A DNA stretch of 48,037 bases from an uncultured Eubacteriales bacterium (GCA_964447545.1 CAYUTE010000008.1:1-48037), one strand, 5' to 3'. Numbered from the stretch's first letter, positions 9,374 to 18,470 are shown. The notes: generated by a model from the letters alone, not told the origin. Numbers and translations: made by a program.

Positions 9374-10285
9374 ATGAATACAGATGTTGCCATAATAGGG
9401 GCCGGACCGGCAGGTATAGCCGCAGCTGTTTACGCTCTCAGAGCGGGAGTGTCAGTAACAATTTGCGAGCGAAATATATATGGCGGTCAGACTTCAATTA
9501 TAGAAAATATAGAAAATTATCCTGGAATTAAAAGAATATCCGGTATTGAGTTTGCAAAATCTCTTTATGACCAAGCTAAAAGTTTGGGAGCAAACTTTGT
9601 TTTTGATGAAGTAATAGATTTAAATATTAGTGAGAATTCAAAAGAGATAATTTTAAAGAGTTCAGAAAAACTTATATGCAAATCTATTGTTATATCTAAC
9701 GGACTTAAACGTAGAAAGCTGGGTTGCGAAGGAGAATTTGAATTTTCCGGCAAAGGTGTTTCATATTGTGCTACGTGTGACGGCGCCTTTTTCAAGGGTA
9801 AAGATGTTATTGTAGTAGGCGGCGGTAATACAGCCGTTGCTGATGCGCTTTATCTTTCGAATATTTGTAATAGTGTCACGTTGGTAGTTAGAAAAGATTA
9901 TTTTAGAGCTGAACGATTTTTAACTGAAGCAATAAAAAATAAGAATAATATCAAAATTGAGTTTAAAAGCCGGATTTCTAAAATAATGGGCGATAAAACC
10001 GTAAATTCTGTTATTATAAAGAATGAATTATCAGAAGAATGTGAGAAAAAAATAGACGGAGTTTTTATCGCAATAGGATATAAACCGGATAGTGACATTT
10101 ACAAAAACAAAATAGATATGAATGAGAGCGGCTATTTTGTAGCCGGAGAAGACTGCAAGACTAATGTGCCGGGTGTTTTCGTTGCAGGAGATTGCAGGAC
10201 AAAAGAGTTGAGACAAATAGCGACAGCGGTTTCTGATGGAGCTGTTGCGGGTAATTCTTCGGCAACATGGTGTTTTACTCACTAA
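9374..10285 (+). CDS. trxB: Thioredoxin-disulfide reductase (low-Mr type)
   Basis: FAD motif GAGPAGIAAAVYA, redox CATCDG, second dinucleotide motif GGGNTAVADALYL, and GDCR near the C-terminus. Confidence 0.85.
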   Translation: MNTDVAIIGAGPAGIAAAVYALRAGVSVTICERNIYGGQTSIIENIENYPGIKRISGIEFAKSLYDQAKSLGANFVFDEVIDLNISENSKEIILKSSEKLICKSIVISNGLKRRKLGCEGEFEFSGKGVSYCATCDGAFFKGKDVIVVGGGNTAVADALYLSNICNSVTLVVRKDYFRAERFLTEAIKNKNNIKIEFKSRISKIMGDKTVNSVIIKNELSEECEKKIDGVFIAIGYKPDSDIYKNKIDMNESGYFVAGEDCKTNVPGVFVAGDCRTKELRQIATAVSDGAVAGNSSATWCFTH

Positions 10286-10319
10286 TAAAAATATGATTTT
10301 TCTGTAATAATAAGTATTA

Positions 10320-10368
10320 AACAAAGCAGCCAGTTTAATTATTGGCTGCTTTGTCTTTGTTTGTTTTA
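10320..10368. terminator. Bidirectional terminator between convergent trxB and thrS
   Basis: Perfect 11-bp stem CAAAGCAGCCA/TGGCTGCTTTG (10322-10332 / 10342-10352) with T-rich flanks. Confidence 0.8.
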
Positions 10369-10380
10369 AATATAGTTGGT

Positions 10381-12144
10381 TTATTCTCTATTATCTATTT
10401 GATTTTTTATTATATTTAAAAATTCTTCCAGAGTCATGTTATTAGTTTCATCTGTGTCGCGGTTACGTACAGAAATAGTTCTAGTTTCAATTTCTTTTTT
10501 GCCGACTATTATCATATACGGTGTACGATTGATTTGACGTGCTTCACGAATTTTATATCCAATTTTTTCGTTTCTGTCATCTAGCACACATCTAATTCCA
10601 GAAAGTTTGAGTTCTTTGTAAATTTCATTTGCAAATGCGTCGTCTGTTCCTGGAAGAGTTAGAACTGCCGCCTGTGTCGGTGCAAGCCAAACAGGGAATT
10701 TGCCGGCATAGTGTTCGGTTAAAATCCCTATAAATCTTTCAATCGACCCAAAGCAAACTCTGTGAACCATTATTGGACGTTCTTTTTCGCCTTTTTCGTT
10801 TGTGAATTCAAGTTGGAAATTAAGCGGCATCTGGAAATCCAGCTGTACTGTTCCGCATTGCCAGGTTCTTCCAAGAGAATCTTCAAGATGGAAGTCAATT
10901 TTAGGGCCATAAAATGCTCCGTCGCCTTCGTTTATCCTATATGGCATATTCAATTTTTCTAGAGCTTTTATAAGACCTTCGGTGGCGGCTTCCCAGTCTT
11001 CATCGCTGCCCATGCTGTCTTCCGGTCTGGTTGAAAGTTCTACAAAATATTTAAACCCGAATTTTGAATAGACTTCATTTATAAGCTTTACAACGCCGAT
11101 TATTTCATCTGTAATCTGATTACGATGCATAAATATATGAGCATCATCTTGCGTGAAACATCTTACTCTGAAAAGTCCGTGTAAAGCGCCTTTTAGCTCA
11201 TGACGATGTACTATTCCGAGTTCTGCGGCTCGTATTGGTAAGTCACGATAGCTATGTAAGTGATTTTTATAGACCAATACTCCGCCGGGGCAATTCATGG
11301 GTTTAACGCAGTAAATATCGTCATCTATGGTTGTTGAGTACATATTATCTTTGTAATGATCCCAATGCCCGCTTATTTTCCAGAGATGTTGGTTCATTAT
11401 TAGAGGAGTAGAAATTTCGACATAATTTTCACGTCTATGAATCTCTCTCCAATAGTCTATAAGTGCGTTTTTCACTTTTATGCCATTTGGTAAAAAGAAC
11501 GGAAATCCCGGAGCTTCTTCGGAGAACATAAACAGATCCATTTCTTTTCCGATTTTTCTATGATCTCTTTTTTCAGCTTCTTCCATAAGTTTTAAGTAGT
11601 CTTCCATTTCTTCGTTTGAGTTGAATGCAAGACCGTTTATACGAGTAAGCATTTTGTTGTTTTTATCGTTTTTCCAATAAGCACCGGATTGCCCCGTTAT
11701 TTTAAAAGCTTTAAGACCTTTGGTGTAGCATAAGTGTGGGCCTACGCACATATCGATATAGTCGCCTTGCTGATAAAAACTTATAATAGCATCTTCCGGT
11801 AAATCGCCAATGTGTTCAACTTTGTATTTTGCTCCACGTTCTTCCATTAGCTTTACTGCTTCTTCACGAGGCAGTATGAATGGTTTGATAGGAAGATTCT
11901 CTTTTACTATTTTTTTCATCTCATTTTCTATTTTTACAAGATCATCATCTGTTAATTTTTTGTCACCTAGGTCAACATCATAGTAAAATCCTCGTTCTGT
12001 TGCAGGACCATATCCAAAGTCTGCGTTAGGGAATAATCTGCTTATTGCTTGCGCCATAATATGTGCAGCTGTGTGTCTTATTACCTGTGGTTCAATGTCT
12101 TTAGGACATTCTTCAATTTTGCCGTCTTTGTAAATAATTTTCAT
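10381..12144 (-). CDS. thrS: Threonyl-tRNA synthetase (short form, N-terminal TGS domain largely absent)
   Basis: Editing-domain HTAAHIMAQA and CVGPHL, class II core FRVRCFTQDDAHIF, C-terminal anticodon-binding domain. The second ATG (12144) is preferred because GAAGGAG lies 9 nt upstream. The ORF track starts at 12150. Confidence 0.9.
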   Translation of the reverse strand: MKIIYKDGKIEECPKDIEPQVIRHTAAHIMAQAISRLFPNADFGYGPATERGFYYDVDLGDKKLTDDDLVKIENEMKKIVKENLPIKPFILPREEAVKLMEERGAKYKVEHIGDLPEDAIISFYQQGDYIDMCVGPHLCYTKGLKAFKITGQSGAYWKNDKNNKMLTRINGLAFNSNEEMEDYLKLMEEAEKRDHRKIGKEMDLFMFSEEAPGFPFFLPNGIKVKNALIDYWREIHRRENYVEISTPLIMNQHLWKISGHWDHYKDNMYSTTIDDDIYCVKPMNCPGGVLVYKNHLHSYRDLPIRAAELGIVHRHELKGALHGLFRVRCFTQDDAHIFMHRNQITDEIIGVVKLINEVYSKFGFKYFVELSTRPEDSMGSDEDWEAATEGLIKALEKLNMPYRINEGDGAFYGPKIDFHLEDSLGRTWQCGTVQLDFQMPLNFQLEFTNEKGEKERPIMVHRVCFGSIERFIGILTEHYAGKFPVWLAPTQAAVLTLPGTDDAFANEIYKELKLSGIRCVLDDRNEKIGYKIREARQINRTPYMIIVGKKEIETRTISVRNRDTDETNNMTLEEFLNIIKNQIDNRE

Positions 12145-12159
12145 GTTCATCTACTCCTT

Positions 12160-12410
12160 CTGTTAAAGTAAAAACACCCTCGGCAAAAGAGTGTTAAACT
12201 CCTTTGTCAAGGGTGCATATATATGCACGGTTCCACCTTGATTTTTAACTTTTAATCCTATTTACGCAAGGATTACGTCGGCACTTACTAAAATTTTCTG
12301 CACCGCAGCTCCGGAGTGGTTTTCGCTTATGCTTCCCATAGAAAACTTTCAGCAGATGTTTTCCTCTCTTGTATGCTTTGCATAAGTTACTCGTTCCATC
12401 ATAGCCTTTT
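12160..12410 (-). promoter_or_regulatory. T-box leader (Thr, ACC specifier) controlling thrS
   Basis: Read on the minus strand: stem I start GATGGAACGAGTA; specifier-loop context GCGAAAACCACTCC, with ACC at 12318-12320 followed by A; T-box motif AATCAAGGTGGAACCGTGC (about 12225-12243); terminator AACACTCTTTTGCCGAGGGTGTTTTTAC just before the thrS SD. Confidence 0.85.
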
Positions 12411-12417
12411 CACATAT

Positions 12418-12446
12418 ATATTATACTTAATTTTTGATATTGTCAA
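12418..12446 (-). promoter_or_regulatory. Candidate sigma-A promoter of the thrS T-box leader, lying in the last codons of the upstream ylbJ-like gene
   Basis: Minus strand: TTGACA (12441-12446), 17 nt, TAATAT. Alternatively 15 nt, then TATAAT at 12420-12425. Confidence 0.55.
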
Positions 12447-13614
12447 CACTATAATTTTTTTTAATTTTTTTATTGCAAAATTTATTCGATACTACCGGAT
12501 GTTTGAAAACCCTAACACTTGCCGTGAAGAATATACATAATATTAGTAAAAGCAAACTGCTTGTGGGGAAAATGCCGGGTTGCGGTTTGTGCGAAACTTT
12601 AAATGCGGTATAGGTTTGTATGCAAATTTCTTCGTTCTTGAAAATTATTAGAGAAAGCAAAACAGAAATTATTCCGTTTAAAACTCTATAACAAAAAAAC
12701 TTTTTATGACTGAATTTTGTTTTACTAAGCGCCGAAATAACTTGCATATGGCCACAAATACCCCCAAAGCCTATAATCCAAGATATTAGCCAAAGAGGTG
12801 CTTTTAATTCGGCCGATTTTAAGCAGCCTTGAGTTATTTCGAGAAATCCCGCAAAAAATACTTTTAAATAATTGATAATCAATTGATTGGGCAAAAGATT
12901 ATTTATAAGAAATTCGATTGCCCAAAAATTGTTTATAATACTTGTTATAGCGAAAAATGCTACAATTACAGCGCATATGATTATTATAGATTCGCATGCA
13001 TATTGGCAAGAATCTATAAATAACTCGCTAATAGAAAAATTGTAATTTGAATTTGTTTCTTTACCCGAATAAATATTATTTTTATTTATTCTTTCATTAA
13101 CTGCACTTATTAAAGCGATTATTAAAGAAGAAAAAACTTGAATTAAAAATAGCCAAACTCCGATTTTTTGATTTTTTAGTATCGTATTCCCCAGCGTTGT
13201 TATTATAAATCCGGGTCCGGCATTAACGCAAAAACTCATTAATCTATTTACTTGTTTTGAATCGATTTTCTTTTCTTTATAAAGTTCATTTACACAATAT
13301 GCCCCCACCGAGTATCCGCCAATTATGCTCATTAAGATAGTAGGGAATGTGTACCCCGGCATATAAAACAAGAAGTTTATGGGCTTTTCTAAAATTTTTG
13401 ATAATTTATTTGCTATTCCGGATTTTATTATTATCGATGATATTATCATAAACGGGAACATCGAGGGTATGACTATATTTATACAACAGGAAATACCATT
13501 TAATATTCCGTATCTTATACCGGTAGAAAAATTTAAAATACATACGCAAGAAAATGCTAATGTTATTAAAAGAAGTGTGATTTTTATTTTGTTTTTGACT
13601 CCTGATTTTATCAA
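12427..13614 (-). CDS. ylbJ: Polytopic membrane protein, YlbJ-like (sporulation integral membrane protein / nucleoside-recognition-domain family)
   Basis: 395 aa with about 10 hydrophobic segments. The length and pattern recall YlbJ. The family assignment is from recall of sequence character and sporulation-gene context, not a search. Confidence 0.55.
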   Translation of the reverse strand: MIKSGVKNKIKITLLLITLAFSCVCILNFSTGIRYGILNGISCCINIVIPSMFPFMIISSIIIKSGIANKLSKILEKPINFLFYMPGYTFPTILMSIIGGYSVGAYCVNELYKEKKIDSKQVNRLMSFCVNAGPGFIITTLGNTILKNQKIGVWLFLIQVFSSLIIALISAVNERINKNNIYSGKETNSNYNFSISELFIDSCQYACESIIIICAVIVAFFAITSIINNFWAIEFLINNLLPNQLIINYLKVFFAGFLEITQGCLKSAELKAPLWLISWIIGFGGICGHMQVISALSKTKFSHKKFFCYRVLNGIISVLLSLIIFKNEEICIQTYTAFKVSHKPQPGIFPTSSLLLLILCIFFTASVRVFKHPVVSNKFCNKKIKKNYSVDNIKN

Positions 13615-13641
13615 AATACTTTTACCTCCTATAAAATATGG

Positions 13642-13671
13642 GTCATTTTTATTTATATTTACTCATATATA
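13642..13671 (+). promoter_or_regulatory. Candidate mother-cell (sigma-E/K-like) promoter upstream of yqfC-yqfD
   Basis: GTCATTTT (13642-13649), 14 nt, CATATATA (13664-13671). It resembles the TCATATT-N14-CATACAnT class. Pattern match only. Confidence 0.3.
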
Positions 13672-13722
13672 ATTTATGTAACTATATAAGAAACGTTTTG
13701 GTTAAAAATAAGGAGTTTTCGA

Positions 13723-14013
13723 GTGAATTTTAAAAACAAAATTTGTTTTGCTAATGATAAGTTTGATGCCAAAAAAATAAAAAGTTATATTTCCGATAAT
13801 TTTTTAAATTCGTTGCATATGGAGTTCAAAGGGAACAGAGAAATTGTAGTTGAAGGGTGCAGGTCAATAGAGGAATACGATGAAAATATAATAAAAATAA
13901 AAGTTAAAAATATGATTGTTTCTTTTTTTGGCCGTAATTTGGGCATAAAATGCTTGACTTCGGACTCCCTCATAATTTTTGGATTTATAACCTCTGTTGA
14001 GTTCTTAACTTAA
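13723..14013 (+). CDS. yqfC: YqfC/YabP-family sporulation protein
   Basis: 96 aa, GTG start 7 nt after AAGGAG. REIVVEGCRSIEEYDENIIKIKV is typical of the YabP/YqfC fold. It sits immediately upstream of a yqfD-like gene, as in Bacillus. Confidence 0.6.
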   Translation: MNFKNKICFANDKFDAKKIKSYISDNFLNSLHMEFKGNREIVVEGCRSIEEYDENIIKIKVKNMIVSFFGRNLGIKCLTSDSLIIFGFITSVEFLT

Positions 14014-14052
14014 CTTGCTAGTTTTATTAGAGGGTAAAAAGGGGGACGTGGT

Positions 14053-15249
14053 GTGGTTTTATATATAATAAGAAAACTTTTTGGATATATTTCGTTCAAG
14101 GTCAGTGGCGGAAATCCGGATAAATTTTTAAATCTTCTGGCCAAGAACGGATTTAACGTTTGGAATATTAAAAAAGAAAACGGCGACCTTACTGCTAAAA
14201 CTATCGCTACTGAATTTGAATCCGTTTGTAAGTTGGCAGGTAAATCTAATTCTCAAATTGAGATTTTAAAAAAGAGCGGAATTCCGTTTTGGGTGAAAAA
14301 ATATAAAAACAGATTTGGGTTTTTAGTTGGATTTTTTTGTTTTATTATAATTTTATTGATGATGCCGATGTATGTTTGGAAAGTGGAAGTAAAAGGCTGT
14401 AATAATATGAGTGAAGACGAAGTGAAAAAAATTATGTGCGATTTAGGTGTATGGCCGGGAGCATTAAAAAACAGTATAAATTTTCCTCTTGCTCAGCAAA
14501 ATGCTATGTCTAGACTCGGAGCGGTATCGTGGGTTTCTTTAAATCTTAAGGGTAGCACTGTGGAAGTTTTGATTAAAGAAAAAGTAATCCCTCCCGAAAA
14601 AAACGAGCCGGAAGATACCGGCCTTTGTAATATTACGGCGGCAGCTAGTGGAGTAATAGAGAGGACGGAAACATATCGTGGAGCGGCAGTTGTAAAGCCC
14701 GGTGACGTTGTTAGTGATGGTCAGCTTTTGATAAGCGGGATTATAGAAAACCCGTCTGGCGGCAATGAGTTTGTAAGTGCTGATGGCAAGGTTTATGCTA
14801 AGACATTAAGAAAAATTTCTTTAAAAGAAAAAGTAAATCAAATTTGTATTTGTGATACAGGCAAAACTACTCAGCGTTGTCGCATAAAAATTTTCTCATT
14901 TGAAATACCGCTCAGCTTTGCGAAGAAAATGCAAGGAGATCATCGATATGAATTCTCGGAGCGGCACGTAGACTTTTTAGGAGCAAGATTACCAATAACT
15001 GTTTTTAGGGAAAAAGGATATGAGCAACAGCAGATAGAAAAAAATCTGGATATAGAACAAGCGAAATCGGCGTTAGAGAAAAAGTTTGAGGAGTTTGAGA
15101 AAGATAATTTTGGTGACGATTTAAAAATCATTAATAAATCGATGGGGGAAGTCAGAAAATCCGAAAACGGAGAGGAATACGTTCAAGAGTGTCAGTACGA
15201 ATGCTTGGAAAATATTGCAAAAAAACAGCAGATGATATTTGAAAATTAG
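14053..15249 (+). CDS. yqfD: YqfD-like sporulation protein (stage IV-type, single TM)
   Basis: 398 aa. It has an N-terminal cytoplasmic part, one TM (FLVGFFCFIIILLMMPMYVW) and a C-terminal domain. Synteny is yqfC-yqfD-ybeY-dgkA-era-recO. Confidence 0.6.
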   Translation: MVLYIIRKLFGYISFKVSGGNPDKFLNLLAKNGFNVWNIKKENGDLTAKTIATEFESVCKLAGKSNSQIEILKKSGIPFWVKKYKNRFGFLVGFFCFIIILLMMPMYVWKVEVKGCNNMSEDEVKKIMCDLGVWPGALKNSINFPLAQQNAMSRLGAVSWVSLNLKGSTVEVLIKEKVIPPEKNEPEDTGLCNITAAASGVIERTETYRGAAVVKPGDVVSDGQLLISGIIENPSGGNEFVSADGKVYAKTLRKISLKEKVNQICICDTGKTTQRCRIKIFSFEIPLSFAKKMQGDHRYEFSERHVDFLGARLPITVFREKGYEQQQIEKNLDIEQAKSALEKKFEEFEKDNFGDDLKIINKSMGEVRKSENGEEYVQECQYECLENIAKKQQMIFEN

Positions 15250-15308
15250 TTGTACAAAAATGCACAAATTTAAATAAATAATTTGCTGATATTTTGGATA
15301 ATTTTTAT

Positions 15309-15337
15309 TTGACATAAAATTGACAATACTTTATAAT
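15309..15337 (+). promoter_or_regulatory. Perfect-consensus sigma-A promoter in the yqfD/ybeY intergenic region
   Basis: TTGACA (15309-15314), exactly 17 nt, TATAAT (15332-15337). It is about 180 nt upstream of the ybeY start. Confidence 0.7.
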
Positions 15338-15422
15338 TAATGTTTAGGAGATATTTCAAGAATATTCTGCTACAATTAAAAAACAGTGATATGGATGTTT
15401 ACACGTTGATTAAGAAACAAGG

Positions 15423-15449
15423 GTATTTGTTTCTTTTATATATACCTTA
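15423..15449 (+). terminator. Weak hairpin plus U-run (possible attenuator or sRNA 3' end) downstream of the consensus promoter
   Basis: 8-bp stem AGAAACAA/TTGTTTCT (15423-15430 / 15437-15444) followed by TTTTAT. The stem is AT-rich and therefore weak. Confidence 0.3.
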
Positions 15450-15518
15450 TTTATTGTCACGATATATATGAAATTATTCTCTAAAAACGAATTATAATTT
15501 TTAGGAAGGATGAAACCA

Positions 15519-16028
15519 ATGGTTGTCGATAAAACCAGAGTTATTATAGTAAATAGACAGAAAGAAGTAAAAGTTCCTACCGGAATTCGTATGTTAATAA
15601 GAAGATGCTGTAATGCAGTTCTTAAAATGGAAAAATTTAAAGGATCAGCCGAAGTTAGCGTAACAATGGTTGATAATTCATATATACAAAGTCTTAATAA
15701 GCAATATAGAGATAAAGATGTTCCTACTGATGTGCTTTCGTTCCCAATGATGAAAGATGGCAGTTATGAAATCGACCCTGATACTAACTCCCAAATTTTG
15801 GGCGATATAATTATATCGATGGAAAAAGTTTTAGAGCAAAGTGAAACTTATGGGCATTCTTTCAGACGTGAGGTTACATATTTGGTAGCTCATGGCATGC
15901 TTCACCTTTTGGGTTATGACCACGAAAAAGGCGGCATCGAAAAAATGCGTATGAGAGAAAAAGAAGATAAAGTTCTTGATTTGCTTGGATTTTCTACTTC
16001 TGCTACGTATGCTCGTGAATCGGAATAG
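15519..16028 (+). CDS. ybeY: rRNA maturation endoribonuclease YbeY
   Basis: Zinc motif HGMLHLLGYDHE. The ATG at 15519 is preferred (9 nt after GGAAGG). The ATG at 15510 abuts the SD. Confidence 0.9.
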   Translation: MVVDKTRVIIVNRQKEVKVPTGIRMLIRRCCNAVLKMEKFKGSAEVSVTMVDNSYIQSLNKQYRDKDVPTDVLSFPMMKDGSYEIDPDTNSQILGDIIISMEKVLEQSETYGHSFRREVTYLVAHGMLHLLGYDHEKGGIEKMRMREKEDKVLDLLGFSTSATYARESE

Positions 16029-16037
16029 ATTTTTACT

Positions 16038-16538
16038 ATGAAAAAGTTATTTAAAAGCTTCATGTATGCTTTTAACGGCATAAAGTATGCGATAAGAAAT
16101 GAAAGAAACACAAGAATACACACTGTTGCTGTATTTTATGTGACGGTGTTTTCTATGTTTTTTAATTTCAGCGCGGAAAAATATGCGATACTTTTTTTAA
16201 CCATGGCTTTTGTTATTTCTTCAGAGATGCTTAACACTTCTATTGAAGAGGCTGTTGATATTTGCGCCAAAGATTATAACCCTAAAGCCAAAGCGTCCAA
16301 AGATGTCGCTGCCGGAGCAGTTCTTTTGTCTTCCATCGCTTCTGTATTTGTTGGTGTGTTTTTGTTTTGTGACGCTTCAGCTTACGTTCGTATGTGGGAA
16401 TTCTTTTGCCACAGACCACTGGCAATTTTTTTACTTGGTTTGTCTTTTGTTTTGTGTTTGATTTATGTCGGGTCTGGCATGACACCTATTATAAACAAGT
16501 TAAAATCTGTGATTAAGTTTATGAATCCTAAAAAATAA
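16038..16538 (+). CDS. dgkA: Diacylglycerol/undecaprenol kinase family membrane protein
   Basis: GIKYAIRNERNTRIH...NTSIEEAVD motifs of the DgkA family. It has an extra C-terminal hydrophobic extension (166 aa). Confidence 0.75.
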   Translation: MKKLFKSFMYAFNGIKYAIRNERNTRIHTVAVFYVTVFSMFFNFSAEKYAILFLTMAFVISSEMLNTSIEEAVDICAKDYNPKAKASKDVAAGAVLLSSIASVFVGVFLFCDASAYVRMWEFFCHRPLAIFLLGLSFVLCLIYVGSGMTPIINKLKSVIKFMNPKK

Positions 16539-16562
16539 AATTAATTTTTTTAAGAGGTAAAA

Positions 16563-17471
16563 ATGGAATCTAAAAATAAAAAATCTTTGTTTATGTCTAT
16601 TGTGGGTAGGCCTAATGTTGGTAAGTCTTCTATACTAAATATGCTTTTAGGTTCAAAAATATCAATAGTTTCTCCAAAACCGCAGACTACCAGAAATAAA
16701 ATTACCGGCATACTTACACTTGATGATACTCAACTTGTTTTTTTAGATACCCCGGGAATTCATAAGCCACATACTCGTCTTGGCGGATATATGATTAATC
16801 AAATTAATGACTCTTTTTGCGGCGCAGAATCCATAATGCATGTAATAGATGCAGAAAAAGGCTTACGTGATGAAGATTTGAAGTTCATTAAAAGATTTAA
16901 AGATATGAATTTGCCTGTTGTTTTGGTAATCAATAAAATTGATTTGCTCAAAGATAAGTCAATGATTATGAATCTTATACAGGATGCTGTAGAGCTTTTT
17001 AGTTATACAGCAGTGGTTCCTATTTCTGCGATAAATTCAGATGGGCGCAGAGAACTTATTTCTGAAATTGTTAAACTTGCCAAGCCTTCGGTTTTCTTTT
17101 TTGCCGAAGATGATATAACAGACCAATCCGAACGTACTATTGTATCAGAAATAATAAGAGAAAAAATGCTTTATCTTCTTGATAAAGAAATACCTCACGG
17201 TGTAGCTATTTCTATAGAAAAATTTCACGAAAGTAAAAATGAAATTCTAAATATAGATGCCGTGATAAATTGTGAGCGTAATAATCATAAGGCCATTATA
17301 ATAGGGCATAAAGGCAATATGATTAAAAAAATAGGCACGGAATCCCGTAAAGAACTGGAAAGAATTTTTGATGTTAAAATAAATCTTCAGCTGTGGGTTA
17401 AAGTGAAGGAAAACTGGAGAAACCGTGCTTCTAATTTAAAAGATTTCGGCTATATATTAGAGAAAAACTAA
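16563..17471 (+). CDS. era: GTPase Era
   Basis: G1 GRPNVGKSS, G3 DTPG, G4 NKID, and a C-terminal KH domain (IIIGHKGNMIKKIG). Confidence 0.95.
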   Translation: MESKNKKSLFMSIVGRPNVGKSSILNMLLGSKISIVSPKPQTTRNKITGILTLDDTQLVFLDTPGIHKPHTRLGGYMINQINDSFCGAESIMHVIDAEKGLRDEDLKFIKRFKDMNLPVVLVINKIDLLKDKSMIMNLIQDAVELFSYTAVVPISAINSDGRRELISEIVKLAKPSVFFFAEDDITDQSERTIVSEIIREKMLYLLDKEIPHGVAISIEKFHESKNEILNIDAVINCERNNHKAIIIGHKGNMIKKIGTESRKELERIFDVKINLQLWVKVKENWRNRASNLKDFGYILEKN

Positions 17472-17593
17472 AGGGTTATTCATTTATCATAAATTTATTT
17501 TAAAATTATGAAAAATTACTATCTTTTAATCAAAAAACGATATATAATAAGGCATATTGAACACAAAGTTTTTTGAAAAAGAAGGTAATTGAT

Positions 17594-17764
17594 ATGGCTG
17601 TAGATTTTGCTAATAATAAAGAAAAAAGCTGGCAAAAATTTATTTCAACAGGCAGTGTTTTAGATTACTTAAACTATTCATATAACAATAAAGAAATATT
17701 TTTTAAAAATCTTGGAGAAACGTTTAAAGATGCGAATAAAAGGGATAGTTATAAGAAAGATTAA
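17594..17764 (+). CDS. yqzL: YqzL-like small protein
   Basis: 56 aa. WQKFISTGSVLDYLNY resembles the YqzL family, and its position between era and recO matches Bacillus. ATG at 17594 lies 8 nt after AGAAGG. It overlaps the recO start. Confidence 0.45.
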   Translation: MAVDFANNKEKSWQKFISTGSVLDYLNYSYNNKEIFFKNLGETFKDANKRDSYKKD

Positions 17765-18470
17765 TTTAAGTAGTGATAATAATCTTGTGAATATTTTTAC
17801 ACAGGATATGGGTGTCATTTCAGCTATAGTCCCTTGTAACCGTGGTAGGAACAAAGGGAGGCTTTCTGCACTCTCGGTGTTATCTTATTGCGATTTTTCG
17901 CTTTTTGAGAATCGCTCGGGGTATATTGTTAATGATGCGGAAATTCTTAATGTTTTTTGGAATATAAAGAACGATATAAAATCGTTGACCATATCGCAAT
18001 ATTTATGCGAGTTATGTTTTGCTCTTTCTTGTGAAAACGATTTGTCCCAAGATTTTTTTAGACTTTTTTTAAATTCTCTTTTTTATATTTCAAAAGGTAT
18101 TAAATCTCCGGAATTTGTAAAATTGATTTTTGAAATTAGATCAAGTTCGTTGTGTGGATATATGCCAGACATAGTTTGTTGTGATAAATGCGGGAAATAC
18201 GAAGATGAAAATATGTATTTCGATTTGAAATCCGGCAAGCTCTTTTGTGAAAATTGTGCAAAAGAGTGTGGAGATTTTTGTGTTTCGTTAAGTCTTGGAA
18301 TGGTTAAGGCTTTGCGTCATATTGTTTATTCGCCTATTGAAAAATTGTTTTTATTTAATCTTTCAGAGAAAGCGCTGAAAATCCTGAACGAATTATCTGA
18401 AAAATATATTGTTTACCATGTGCAATCGGATTTCAAAAGTCTGAAATTTTACAACGAGGTATGTTTATAG
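17730..18470 (+). CDS. recO: DNA repair protein RecO
   Basis: MRIKGIVIRK... OB-fold N-terminus and zinc motif CDKCGK...CENC. ATG at 17730 lies 10 nt after GGAGAA. The ORF track begins at a TTG at 17712. Confidence 0.85.
   Translation: MRIKGIVIRKINLSSDNNLVNIFTQDMGVISAIVPCNRGRNKGRLSALSVLSYCDFSLFENRSGYIVNDAEILNVFWNIKNDIKSLTISQYLCELCFALSCENDLSQDFFRLFLNSLFYISKGIKSPEFVKLIFEIRSSSLCGYMPDIVCCDKCGKYEDENMYFDLKSGKLFCENCAKECGDFCVSLSLGMVKALRHIVYSPIEKLFLFNLSEKALKILNELSEKYIVYHVQSDFKSLKFYNEVCL

Noticed and set aside
15401-15481. A 26-codon ORF (MDVYTLIKKQGYLFLLYIPYLLSRYI) in the yqfD/ybeY gap, considered as a leader peptide.
   Set aside because: There is no SD upstream and no obvious regulatory codon run. 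It is not supportable from sequence alone.
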